From IMG/VR virus record IMGVR_UViG_3300045988_151747: DNA of 64,000 nt, one strand, 5' to 3'. Positions 52,451 to 61,660 of this stretch are shown in pieces; positions within the stretch are counted from its first letter, which is position 1; the number at the start of each line of letters is the position of its first letter. This DNA is from a virus. The notes under the pieces are model-generated. The model searched no databases and was not told where the DNA came from. It worked only from the letters and a program-made list of their open reading frames with translations. A program made the translations under genes and the position numbers.

Positions 52451-52695
52451 TACTTCTCATCTAAATCAGCAACCTGTACTTTCAATTCCTCGGTAACAAT
52501 ATTGTCCGCAATTTCAATGGTGGATTTCACGGATGCCAAAACTTCCTCGGTAGGATTTATCGGCAATGTGATTCCGACAGTTATCTTTGCAGAGTTATAG
52601 TCACCCAAATTTTTTGTAAGTGATTTCTCGTAATATACGGAAGCATCATTTCTAACCTCCAAAGCAGGTTTCTTGAGAGTTGATTTAGTAGGCAT
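52450..52695 (-). CDS. hypothetical protein
   Basis: 81 aa counted from the ATG at 52695. The longest ORF, to 52779, overlaps the upstream gene by 95 nt. Confidence 0.4.
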   Translation of the reverse strand: MPTKSTLKKPALEVRNDASVYYEKSLTKNLGDYNSAKITVGITLPINPTEEVLASVKSTIEIADNIVTEELKVQVADLDEK

Positions 52696-52984
52696 ATTTT
52701 CTCCTTTCGTTTTCAAAAAGTTCATGTATCTGAGCGACTTTCTCGGCAGGAGGTCTTTCACTGCCCTTGAAAGTTTCAATTATTTTTGCCGTTTCCTCGG
52801 CAAGAGATACGGGATAATATCGGTATCCTTTTATTTTAAAGATACAAGGAGGAATAGTACCCTCGTGCTCATACCGTCTTACGGTACTGGCACTCTTGCC
52901 GATTATACGGGCAAACCCCATAACGGTAACAACCTTTACGACTATACCGTTAACTTTGAATGTTCTAGTCTTTAATTTCTCCAT
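52685..52984 (-). CDS. MerR-type HTH DNA-binding protein
   Basis: VMGFARIIGKSASTVRRYEHEGTIPP...GYRYY matches the MerR/excisionase-type HTH. Confidence 0.6.
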   Translation of the reverse strand: MEKLKTRTFKVNGIVVKVVTVMGFARIIGKSASTVRRYEHEGTIPPCIFKIKGYRYYPVSLAEETAKIIETFKGSERPPAEKVAQIHELFENERRKYAY

Positions 52985-53420
52985 CGAACCGATTTCTTAA
53001 AGAAGCGGAAAAAGCATAAGATGTTTTCATACCGTAAATCTGTGAAAGTATGGATTCGTCAATCTCACCGTTAAGTATGGCATCTTCAAGTACGGATTCA
53101 CGGATAACTTCCACTTTCTCTATGCAATGTTTGAACCCGTTCTTTTTCAATACTTCTATGGCTTCGGGAAGCAAGGATTTCCCACACCGCAAGGTTTCCT
53201 TTAGGACAATCTCCTTGTCAGCGTGTTCCAGTATGATATACTTGTTACCTTTTTCATCTTCACTACCGATTTCCATAACCGCATCTTCCAAAGGAACACG
53301 TAATGTTTTCAATTCATTGGTTATGGCTTTTTCCTGTTCCTTTTTATTTATGAACTCCAATCCTTGGAGTGCAAGTTGCTCATTACTTAGTAATGTAACT
53401 GATTTTTTTCTCTTTGGCAT
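52965..53420 (-). CDS. hypothetical protein
   Basis: 151-aa ORF, the first gene after the terminator at 53449-53476. Confidence 0.5.
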   Translation of the reverse strand: MPKRKKSVTLLSNEQLALQGLEFINKKEQEKAITNELKTLRVPLEDAVMEIGSEDEKGNKYIILEHADKEIVLKETLRCGKSLLPEAIEVLKKNGFKHCIEKVEVIRESVLEDAILNGEIDESILSQIYGMKTSYAFSASLRNRFDGEIKD

Positions 53421-53448
53421 AAGTCTTGAAAATTAGGTGAAACAAAAA

Positions 53449-53476
53449 AGAGCCGAAGGAACTAACCATCGGCTCT
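53449..53476 (-). terminator. rho-independent terminator
   Basis: AGAGCCGA / TCGGCTCT 8-bp stem with a 12-nt loop, followed by TTTTTTGTTT on the minus strand. Confidence 0.7.
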
Positions 53477-53496
53477 CAAACTAAATGGTAATCGGA

Positions 53497-54432
53497 TTAC
53501 TCTTCCAGTCTGCGAATCTTTGTATGAACTTCTGGGTCAAGGTCGTCCTCGGAGCCATCATCATATTTAACTTTCACAATACCTTTCTTGATTGACGAAA
53601 CCTTACCGTTGAACCATCCTTTGGTTTCTTCATCATCCCAGTAAACGGCAACCAAATCACCTTTTTCAAGGTCGTCTATTTCAACATCCTCACCTTCCGG
53701 TTCAGCAGGTTTTTTCTTTGATTTTGCAGCAGTGGATTTACCTTTTTTCTTGGTAAGGAGTTTGGCAATTTGTTCAGCCATAACATCAATGCTTGCCTTT
53801 TCATCATCTTCAAAATCGGAAAGGGCTTCACTCACCGCTGTTGCATCAACATCATCTTCATTTTCAGCGAAAGCGATAATTGCAGCAACAGCCTTTTTCT
53901 TGTTCTTCTTACCACTGTCGAAGTCCTCAAGAACATCGGCAATGTTATCAATCAGTTCATCATCACTACCATCCTCAGTTTCTTCTTCCTCTTCGACTTT
54001 TGACTTACCTTTTTTCGGAGCCGGCTTTTCATCCTCTGCTTCTGCATCAGAAGAATTATCACCACCTTTTTCCTGTGCATCAAGAATCAGATTACGGAGT
54101 TTCTTGTTGGTGTTCTTACCGTCAAAATCATCCGGATTTATTTTAAAGTCGTTTTTCAGAATTTTGGTAAGTTCCTTAACGTCCATATCCATCAGTTCAT
54201 CTTCGGTATAGACTTTTTCGTCAGCAGCCTCTTCCTCTTGAGGAGCCGGTTTGGGTGCGGATTTCTTAGGTGCAGGAGAATCCTCAATTTTTTTACCATC
54301 ATCTACCGTGTCAAAGTCACCTGCAATGACAGGCATAAACATTTTACCTTCATGTTGGATGCACTCAACTTCAACACCTGCTGCGAATTGTGCTACGATT
54401 GTAGCTACTGGTTTAATTTTTCCGAATACCAT
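53497..54432 (-). CDS. highly acidic protein with Tudor/SH3-like C-terminal domain
   Basis: 311 aa with long D/E tracts interleaved with KKxK patches. The C-terminal GDLVAVYWDDEETKGWFNGKVSSIKKGIVKVKYDDGSEDDLD follows the Tudor-like G..V.A.W..D..W..G.V......V.V.Y.DG pattern. Confidence 0.5.
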   Translation of the reverse strand: MVFGKIKPVATIVAQFAAGVEVECIQHEGKMFMPVIAGDFDTVDDGKKIEDSPAPKKSAPKPAPQEEEAADEKVYTEDELMDMDVKELTKILKNDFKINPDDFDGKNTNKKLRNLILDAQEKGGDNSSDAEAEDEKPAPKKGKSKVEEEEETEDGSDDELIDNIADVLEDFDSGKKNKKKAVAAIIAFAENEDDVDATAVSEALSDFEDDEKASIDVMAEQIAKLLTKKKGKSTAAKSKKKPAEPEGEDVEIDDLEKGDLVAVYWDDEETKGWFNGKVSSIKKGIVKVKYDDGSEDDLDPEVHTKIRRLEE

Positions 54433-54507
54433 AATAGTTTAATTTTAAAAGATTAATAATGTTGCCTACCGTTTTAACGGGTAAGCGTTTTGTTTAATTT
54501 TGTACTT

Positions 54508-54551
54508 CAAATATACGTTTTGTTTTTAAAATGTCCAAATGCCGGACAAAA
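54508..54551 (-). promoter_or_regulatory. extended promoter TTTTGTCCGGCATTTG-N20-TATATTTG (class copy 1)
   Basis: Minus strand: 16-nt upstream motif at 54551-54536, ending in the -33 TTTG. The -7 box is at 54515-54508. Confidence 0.6.
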
Positions 54552-54559
54552 TGCTGACT

Positions 54560-54829
54560 TTACATCTTATCAGTAACAATAAGATGCTGTGGTCCGTAGA
54601 CAGTGAATAAGGAAGTGCCCGGAGTTATAGGGCATACTCCGAACGTTTCGGGAGAACCCTCAGTTTCGGCACGTACTTCCTTAAGGCGCACTAGGCACGT
54701 TTCATAGTCACCTTCAACTTTGAACACATCCCCTACATTAAGGGAAAGAACCTTCTTGTAGTCCTCTTTTGTGGAGCTGTCGGTAATTATAAGTTTTTCA
54801 GCCCTAATACTTGCAGACTTAATTTCCAT
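54560..54829 (-). CDS. hypothetical protein
   Basis: 89 aa counted from the ATG at 54829. The longer ORF-track version, to 55096, crosses an intergenic promoter region and overlaps the upstream gene. Confidence 0.45.
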   Translation of the reverse strand: MEIKSASIRAEKLIITDSSTKEDYKKVLSLNVGDVFKVEGDYETCLVRLKEVRAETEGSPETFGVCPITPGTSLFTVYGPQHLIVTDKM

Positions 54830-54983
54830 ACACTTTACAAATTTAAGATTAAATAATCTAAGCACCCCTTTATTTCTAGGGCAAACCATACAATAGGGAG
54901 AACCTACGCATAATAGGTTATGATATGGAGAGTCCAAGCAAATGGAAGATTTCCAATCATACCTATATCTGCGTATTCTTACA

Positions 54984-55694
54984 CTAAGGAAGAACAATCT
55001 CCCAATCATCGGCGAACATATCGCTAATAGACGGAACCCATGAATCAGCGCGTCCGGTATTCTCGTTGTAAATAAGGCATTGACTAGTATAGTCAATAAA
55101 TCCCTTACCTTTCAGAATAAGGTCTTTTGCCGATTGCGGAAGAGATTGCATCTTTGGAATAATGTCGCTATCTATATGAGCTGGAACCTGTTTGAATACC
55201 ATTAATCCTTTCCCGTTCCATCCACTTCTACGAATTGGATAACCTGCTTTGAGAGCCATAATAGCCATACCAAAGTTCATCTTCCGCACTTCTGCGCTAT
55301 CAGAGCCTTGCATACGTTGTATGCGAGTGTCAAGAAGCCGTATATAGTCGAACATAGTACAACACTGCATTTCCAGTAAACACTTGTTGTACATATCATT
55401 AACGACTTCATCCATTTTCCCTGAATCTATGAAAGCGGCCAACTTTACATATCTTCCATTGACTTCTTCGGCTTCTATCTGCATACGGTCAACTGGTGTT
55501 TCTGCAATCTTATATGCCTTTTCAAACACATCTTTCGGGCTCCAACTTTCGTACTCATCTTCATAACGGACATGATAGCCCTCATCATCGAAATTTTCCG
55601 TTGACGGTTTTTCTCTAAGAAGATGTTTTCCCCACGCATCACCTCTTGTCATAGGTTCTGCTTCAATCTGTTTTGTTCCAATGTACTTTTTCAT
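54984..55694 (-). CDS. DUF2829 (Tad2-like) domain fusion protein
   Basis: The C-terminal MNFGMAIMALKAGYPIRRSGWNGKGLMVF...DSWVPSISDMFADDWEIV follows the DUF2829 pattern F..A..ALK.G..V.R.GWNGKG...W.PS..D.LA.DW.I. About 125 aa of extra N-terminal sequence precede it. Confidence 0.65.
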   Translation of the reverse strand: MKKYIGTKQIEAEPMTRGDAWGKHLLREKPSTENFDDEGYHVRYEDEYESWSPKDVFEKAYKIAETPVDRMQIEAEEVNGRYVKLAAFIDSGKMDEVVNDMYNKCLLEMQCCTMFDYIRLLDTRIQRMQGSDSAEVRKMNFGMAIMALKAGYPIRRSGWNGKGLMVFKQVPAHIDSDIIPKMQSLPQSAKDLILKGKGFIDYTSQCLIYNENTGRADSWVPSISDMFADDWEIVLP

Positions 55695-55731
55695 ATATCT
55701 GTTATTTAAAAATTGGTTTATTGTTTTTTGA

Positions 55732-56361
55732 TTAGAAATAATCGGCTACCGCCCAAAATTTTCTCTGTATCAGATAGTCAAGGTTGGTACTTCTGCTTAT
55801 GGCTTCACGCTCGAAACAAGTATTAGCCCGGACTTTTTCAAATGTAATCGGTGAACCCGATACCGTTTCCCTAATTACCAAATTATGAAAGGAACGTATC
55901 ATCTCAGCACCGTATAATATTGTAGGCGTGAAAGGGATGCAACAAAGTAAATAAAAAGGATTGAACCATCCAAATGCTTCGGCAAGACAGCAAAGAACCA
56001 CAAGGGGAAGGCTTATTGTTACATGAATATCCCTTTGCTGAACGACATGAATCCTTTCGTGATTGATTAGCGTAAGTGACTGCTGGAAATTTTTCCGCAC
56101 ATTTTTACGTATAAAAAAGAAAGGATAAAACGCCCAAGCATTGTATCTCAGATAGGGAACAACTACTGGGAAACCCCTTTTGGTGCACCCCCACATGATG
56201 TTAAGAAAGGAGGAAAGTTTAGCCGCGATTTTATAGTCGAACTCGTTTCCCTTATTATCCACATACGTAGTGTATTCCTCACCACGTTTTCCTTTTCGCA
56301 ATAACAAGCGTCTTTCACGTCTGTTAGGTCTTATTGGTTTTTCCATATTCCAGTTTTTCAA
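55732..56361 (-). CDS. putative membrane-associated HExxH metallopeptidase-like protein
   Basis: LINHERIHVVQQ contains HExxH. A downstream FEREA and hydrophobic segments flank it. Confidence 0.35.
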   Translation of the reverse strand: MKNWNMEKPIRPNRRERRLLLRKGKRGEEYTTYVDNKGNEFDYKIAAKLSSFLNIMWGCTKRGFPVVVPYLRYNAWAFYPFFFIRKNVRKNFQQSLTLINHERIHVVQQRDIHVTISLPLVVLCCLAEAFGWFNPFYLLCCIPFTPTILYGAEMIRSFHNLVIRETVSGSPITFEKVRANTCFEREAISRSTNLDYLIQRKFWAVADYF

Positions 56362-56518
56362 AATGAGAGAAAAGAATAAATGTTCCGATTATGGAAACAA
56401 AATACAAAAGTAGGTAAAACGCACAGGAATAAACCCATGCCATAAGTGGGGGAGTACCCCAAAGAAGAATGAACATGACCATCTTGGTCAGTTCCTGCAC
56501 AATTCTTAATACTACCAT
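56324..56518 (-). CDS. small membrane protein
   Basis: 64 aa with two hydrophobic helices. Confidence 0.45.
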   Translation of the reverse strand: MVVLRIVQELTKMVMFILLWGTPPLMAWVYSCAFYLLLYFVSIIGTFILFSHFEKLEYGKTNKT

Positions 56519-56543
56519 AAAACTACTACGATTTTAACAGGAA

Positions 56544-56586
56544 CAAATATAAGTAATATATAATATATTGCCAAATGCCGGAAAAA
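56544..56586 (-). promoter_or_regulatory. extended promoter TTTTTCCGGCATTTG-N20-TATATTTG (class copy 2)
   Basis: Minus strand: motif at 56586-56572, -7 box at 56551-56544. Confidence 0.6.
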
Positions 56587-56593
56587 TTTCCAA

Positions 56594-58117
56594 CTACAAA
56601 ACCGCATCTATGGTCTGAATACTACGAATACCCTTATACTCTGCGTTTATTTTGAAAAATTTCTGCGCATTGCTAAAAGTGGCATAAGTAAGAGGACAAT
56701 TGTCCAACGGGTAAAACACCACAGGGTATTTCTTGTTTGGGTGAATACGTGTGGTTCTCCCTATGGCTTGTTCCGTGTCTTTCATGGGCAGATGTATAAT
56801 AAGGGTATCAATACGGTCAATATCCAAACCCTCTTTCGCAAGTTGTGTCACTCCGAATATAAGCCGGCACTCATTTTGCAGGTACGCTTCCTCTTCGGGT
56901 GTACGTTCCTTGGTTTCAGATATGATAAGCATGGGCTTATAGGTGGAAAAAAATTCGGTAAGGGCTTTAAGGGTGTCCTTTCTCTTGGAGAGGAAAAGTA
57001 TGGTTCTTCCGGCATCAAGGCATTTCCTTATAAGGTTAATCATAAGTTTTCTTCTTCCTGAGTGGTCGTTCAGATACCCGTCAATAACAGGATAACTAAG
57101 GTCGGTAGCCTTTTTCATCACCCTGCGTAACTCCTGTTTCTCCACGTTTTTTGTGGGCCACATTTCAATAAGTTTTTTCAGACGGTCGGTAGCCTTGAAC
57201 TCGACAGCACCCGTAGATTCATGGTATTTAAGACCGTTTTCATCCATGAAGCGGAAAAATCTTTCATGAGGAATCTTGCTGGAGAATATCTTGTCAATGG
57301 TAACACCTGTACGTATTGCGTAAACATGAGGTCTTGGAAACTCGTTAGCCATAACCAAATGTAGCCCGAAGTGATACTTAAGTATGCGGTGTACCCCATC
57401 GGCACGTCTGAAAGTAGCTGTAAGTGCAGTACGGTATTTAGCCGGAATTTCCTTTAGGATAGGTAAATAGGTTTCAGCACCGATTCTATGGGCTTCATCC
57501 ATTATTACATGACCGACATTCCTTACCAGTTCTTCCGGAAGAACCCTGCATGAGAACAAGTCCATAACAACTATGGTAAAATCCTTGTCAACGGGAATCT
57601 CGGTATCGGAACTGCCTATAACAATACTGGAACAGGTGGTCGCTTCGGATATTCTCTGCTGCCACTGTTTCGCAAGGTAGTAAGTAGGAACCAGTACAAG
57701 GGTCTGTTTTCCACGTTCAAGGGAAATCCATAATCCCATTATTGTCTTACCACTACCGCACTTACCCTCAAGAAGTATTCCGGTACTTTCCTCAAGATGT
57801 TTCTTGTTTTCATCCCAAAAGGTCTGTTGGTAATCACGTAGTGCGAATTTGAATTTTCCGTCAATGTTTCTTCCCTCATTACCGTACTTTCCAAGTTCAC
57901 CAAAATAGTAACGGGGTAAAACATAGCCGGAACCCTCACGTGATACATAACAGAGAGTCTTGGGTATGGTTGAATAGAATTTCTTATTACGTCCGAAACG
58001 TATCTTGTTCTGATATTCGGGATTGGGTAAGGTTAATGATTCAAGTACCTCGTCAACCGTACTACCCAAAGCTGCTATTTCGGCACTGCTTAAAATCAAG
58101 CTACTTCCAACTTCCAT
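56594..58117 (-). CDS. superfamily 2 DNA helicase (DEAH; UvsW/ResIII-like)
   Basis: Motif I LEGKCGSGKT, motif II VIMDEAHR, motif III TATFRR, motif VI QAIGRTTR. 507 aa. Confidence 0.85.
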   Translation of the reverse strand: MEVGSSLILSSAEIAALGSTVDEVLESLTLPNPEYQNKIRFGRNKKFYSTIPKTLCYVSREGSGYVLPRYYFGELGKYGNEGRNIDGKFKFALRDYQQTFWDENKKHLEESTGILLEGKCGSGKTIMGLWISLERGKQTLVLVPTYYLAKQWQQRISEATTCSSIVIGSSDTEIPVDKDFTIVVMDLFSCRVLPEELVRNVGHVIMDEAHRIGAETYLPILKEIPAKYRTALTATFRRADGVHRILKYHFGLHLVMANEFPRPHVYAIRTGVTIDKIFSSKIPHERFFRFMDENGLKYHESTGAVEFKATDRLKKLIEMWPTKNVEKQELRRVMKKATDLSYPVIDGYLNDHSGRRKLMINLIRKCLDAGRTILFLSKRKDTLKALTEFFSTYKPMLIISETKERTPEEEAYLQNECRLIFGVTQLAKEGLDIDRIDTLIIHLPMKDTEQAIGRTTRIHPNKKYPVVFYPLDNCPLTYATFSNAQKFFKINAEYKGIRSIQTIDAVL

Positions 58118-58246
58118 CTTCGCAATAAGTATTTAGAGTGAATAATTTCGTTTTTAATATTATATGATATATAAATATAAAGGCTAGACCCATCACTGGG
58201 TCCAACCTTAGATAAAGACATAGAGAATTAGCATCAAATACCAATA

Positions 58247-58288
58247 CAAAGATACAAAAGTTTTTGAAACAAACAAATGCCGGAAAAA
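58247..58288 (-). promoter_or_regulatory. extended promoter TTTTTCCGGCATTTG-N19-TATCTTTG (class copy 3)
   Basis: Minus strand: motif at 58288-58274, -7 box at 58254-58247. It lies about 130 nt upstream of the helicase ATG. Confidence 0.55.
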
Positions 58289-58289
58289 C

Positions 58290-59474
58290 CTATTTTATCT
58301 TTATAATAAAGTAAAGCGCCAGATACGGAGGCATTATATTAACTGCACCGCCATCACCTGTGGATGTGGTTTCGGAAGCCGCACTTCTGTTGTCGTTACC
58401 ATCCGCTCCCGAACCATTTTCCGCAATTTGGGTTTTGGAATAAGTTCCAGATTTACCGTTAGCCTTGGTGAAATTGTAAGACCTGCCGACATCCTTGTTT
58501 GTTCCGGAATATACATGGGTATGCGGTGGAAGCTGGCTCTCAGTAAGCGTGACGGATTCATTACCTCCGGTAGAACCCAAAGTGTAGGCAGTATTAGGAC
58601 CCAACGGGAAACGTCCGTCCATAAGCGGAACTCCTGAAATCTGTGCGAAATTGATTGAATATGTGGAACCTCCGGTCATTGTTATCGTGAATCCCAGTTC
58701 CTTACAGTAGGCAGACCATGCCGCAAATTCGGTATTGGCTGTGGCAGAACCCAACATAAGTCTGTGACAGGGAACGAAGCCATAAGGAATGGAGTTCTTT
58801 ATATCCTCGATAGTGACTTTTCCCAAGAGGGATTTGTTCCACATCATTATACTTCCCACGGTAACGGTATTTATAATAGCCGTTTCCAGAACTTGTATTC
58901 TGCTTAAAAGAGGATTAACCACGGATTTCACGTAGTCCTGTATGGTAGACCTGTTAGGTATGGCATAAATGATTGTGGCATCCTTTGTGCAGCGTGCCAG
59001 AACGGCTACCAAATTATTAAGCGTGGACGGGTCTTTTACAACCACTATGCTCTCGTTCTTGTACACCAACTGGTCTGCGGAAGCCATAGAAGTACCGTCT
59101 GAAAATGATGCGCCGGCAATTTCATGGCTAAAGTCCGAAGCATACGTAACTGTTTCAGTATCAGCAGTTAAGCAAAGATAAACCCCACTCTCGCTAAACA
59201 ATGAAACAGCCGATTTTGCCGGACTGAAAGCAAGACCTTTGGCTTCAAGATAAGTAAATGACGGTGTGATAGTCCAAGTATTATCCTCAACTTCCACTTT
59301 AAGTGAGAGGTCGCTAACTACACCGATACGTTCGTCTATCCGGTCAGCCTGATACCTCATGCTCTCGAACTGCCGGTTCAAATCCGATGTGGTTATAAGG
59401 TTAGGGGAACCTCTGAAAACCGCACGGATAATTTTCTGCGTCTTATTGAACGCTCTTTCTATGATTGCACTCAT
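58290..59474 (-). CDS. tail fibre protein with phage tail-collar domain
   Basis: The C-terminal GRFPLGPNTAYTLGSTGGNESVTLTESQLPPHTH...NIMPPYLALYFIIK matches the tail-collar domain pattern. Confidence 0.75.
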   Translation of the reverse strand: MSAIIERAFNKTQKIIRAVFRGSPNLITTSDLNRQFESMRYQADRIDERIGVVSDLSLKVEVEDNTWTITPSFTYLEAKGLAFSPAKSAVSLFSESGVYLCLTADTETVTYASDFSHEIAGASFSDGTSMASADQLVYKNESIVVVKDPSTLNNLVAVLARCTKDATIIYAIPNRSTIQDYVKSVVNPLLSRIQVLETAIINTVTVGSIMMWNKSLLGKVTIEDIKNSIPYGFVPCHRLMLGSATANTEFAAWSAYCKELGFTITMTGGSTYSINFAQISGVPLMDGRFPLGPNTAYTLGSTGGNESVTLTESQLPPHTHVYSGTNKDVGRSYNFTKANGKSGTYSKTQIAENGSGADGNDNRSAASETTSTGDGGAVNIMPPYLALYFIIKIK

Positions 59475-60109
59475 ACAAAATACGAATTTAGTAACGGATG
59501 AAAATAATAGCTGCTTGCCGTATTGGTGGTAATGTTTATGGTCTTGTTAGGACTGAAACCCAACCATGACGGAAGCACCTTTTTTATTGTACTTACAATA
59601 ATATCCTTATATGAAGTACCGAAATATTTGCTGTTTATCGTAGCCGAGAAAGTAACCGCAGGATTTATTATATCCGAGTTACCTATAAGATAGAACTTGG
59701 GGTCTGTCGTGTCACCTACTATATGCCCTTGTATAAGGGAGTTGAGAAGCAACACCTGTGGGTCTGCATAAAAGGAATTGAAATTTACCGATACCGTTCC
59801 CAGTGTCATTACGCTAAGAAACAGTTCAACGCCTTTTTTGCTCCCTCTTGTGCCAAGGATAATATCCGCATTAAGAAGAAACTGCTGTATAACAGGTAAC
59901 GGAAACTCCATAGGTATGAAATCAACCCCATAGTCACCCAGACGTTTAAGCAGCCAGTTCTTATCAAGGAGAAGTGCCGGATTATATGCACGTAATGAAG
60001 TGAAAATAATATCCGATTTCACTTCATTTACCCCATCCATCACGGAAACGAACTTTCTCGTATTGGGGTGTGCAAGCACCTGTTCCGGTATGTTACTTTT
60101 AAACGACAT
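59471..60109 (-). CDS. baseplate/tail protein (P2 gpI-like position)
   Basis: 212-aa ORF between the baseplate-J-like and tail-fibre genes. The assignment rests on gene order. Confidence 0.4.
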   Translation of the reverse strand: MSFKSNIPEQVLAHPNTRKFVSVMDGVNEVKSDIIFTSLRAYNPALLLDKNWLLKRLGDYGVDFIPMEFPLPVIQQFLLNADIILGTRGSKKGVELFLSVMTLGTVSVNFNSFYADPQVLLLNSLIQGHIVGDTTDPKFYLIGNSDIINPAVTFSATINSKYFGTSYKDIIVSTIKKVLPSWLGFSPNKTINITTNTASSYYFHPLLNSYFV

Positions 60110-61604
60110 TTAATCTTACCTCCACTTTAGATGTGTCAATTGTACTGAAAATCTCCAGTTCTCCTAAACTAACTTCGGGAATTATTGATTCCGAACTTCC
60201 TGAAAGTTTCTTGAACGTACAGTTCTGAACTCCAGCAACAGAGGAACGGATAAGAATATCCAGACCCGATTTGGTTATGCCCACTCCATACTCCGCACGT
60301 ACCAAAGGATTGGTGACATCGCTTATCACCTGCAAGATACCGCTACGTATGGAAGCCATATCATAGCCGGGAGCGACAACAGCGTCCACTATGAATTTTG
60401 CAGCACCCAGTGCTGTAAGAAGATTCACATACTGGTTGTTTGCATGGTTAGCCTCATAACCGCCCATAACATAGGGAACAAATTCCGTATTCAGCGTGGA
60501 AAGCTCGGAAGAATTAAGTTCCGCATTACCCGAAGTAGGAATAACCATGTAGCTTACCTGTCTACCCATTACCTTTACCTTGGACTTATGTACAAACGGG
60601 AAATTGTTGAGTGTCTTTTCAGCAATTTCCTCATTGATAACAGCCCGTTTTGTGGCAAAATAAGTGGGAGCCTTTTCACGTATGGCAGCGAATGTATCCG
60701 CGTCAGTACCTCCAGCGGAAGCCGTAAGCATGGTTACGGAAGTTGCGCTGCGTGATGCAAGGGAATCCAGTACGGAAGCGTTCTGGACAGACAGGTTTCC
60801 GTCAGCACCGCTTGATTTCCTGTACTCGACATGGATAGCCTTTCCTATGGGCGGTTTTATTCCATAAGTACCGTCACCGAAGAATATCCCAACGGAACCG
60901 TCCTCTTCCGGAATGACTAGGTAATGTGTGCTTTCGGGAGATGAAAACCCGAAATTGTTCACCCGTGTATAGGTTATATTGTCAATAACCACGGAAATGC
61001 TGTTTATATCAATATTCTCCTTTCTTACCAGTACCGAATAACCGCTGAACATGAAATCCTCCGCATAAAGTGTGCCCTCATGCAAAGTAATCTGTTTGGT
61101 GGTGCTGGCAGCATTTACAGGCAATGAAAATTCATCCCAGTTGGTGAATTTCCTGTCACCCACACTTACAAGCAGGTCGCCCCTGTGATATGTGGCAGCA
61201 GGTCCGGCAACGAATTGTATATTGAAACTAGCCGAAGCACTCTTACAGGTGATAGCCTGATAACCCATAGAGGATGCCTTGGAAAAAGCGTTGCTGTAAG
61301 AACGCATTTTTCTCAATATGCTTTCATTGGCGAAAGCGTTAAGATACCAAAAATCCTTTTCCGAAAAAATGGCGAACAGTTCCACTAGAAACTCCCCGAA
61401 GTCCGATTCGCTGCGGTCAGTCCATTCGGGAAAAAGGGAATCAGCCAGAGAGTGGGCTTTCTGAACCATCTGAGACATGGTGGCGTTTGAGAGCAAATCC
61501 TCTTCCGGAATTATAAGCAGCTTGGAATAGTTCTGCAATTTCTGCAAGCGTGCCACGTCAAGACTGGCGAAGTATTTTAAAAGTTCTTCCTTTGTCTGAG
61601 CCAT
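60099..61604 (-). CDS. baseplate J-like protein
   Basis: 501-aa ORF downstream of the gp25/W-like gene. The N-terminal PEWTDRSESDFGEFLVELFA...AFANESIL resembles the gpJ/gp6-type family. Confidence 0.55.
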   Translation of the reverse strand: MAQTKEELLKYFASLDVARLQKLQNYSKLLIIPEEDLLSNATMSQMVQKAHSLADSLFPEWTDRSESDFGEFLVELFAIFSEKDFWYLNAFANESILRKMRSYSNAFSKASSMGYQAITCKSASASFNIQFVAGPAATYHRGDLLVSVGDRKFTNWDEFSLPVNAASTTKQITLHEGTLYAEDFMFSGYSVLVRKENIDINSISVVIDNITYTRVNNFGFSSPESTHYLVIPEEDGSVGIFFGDGTYGIKPPIGKAIHVEYRKSSGADGNLSVQNASVLDSLASRSATSVTMLTASAGGTDADTFAAIREKAPTYFATKRAVINEEIAEKTLNNFPFVHKSKVKVMGRQVSYMVIPTSGNAELNSSELSTLNTEFVPYVMGGYEANHANNQYVNLLTALGAAKFIVDAVVAPGYDMASIRSGILQVISDVTNPLVRAEYGVGITKSGLDILIRSSVAGVQNCTFKKLSGSSESIIPEVSLGELEIFSTIDTSKVEVRLNVV

Positions 61605-61660
61605 AGTAAAGTTATAATTTAAATTTGAAGCAAGTCACAACAGCAAATCACAACAGCCGG

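Noticed and set aside
54830-55096. Long version (178 aa) of ORF 54560-55096
   Set aside because: The N-terminal 89 codons overlap the DUF2829 gene and cross a region with a TAAATTTG box and small hairpins. The sequence there (RIRRYRYDWKSSICLD) does not look protein-like. The ORF was truncated to the ATG at 54829.
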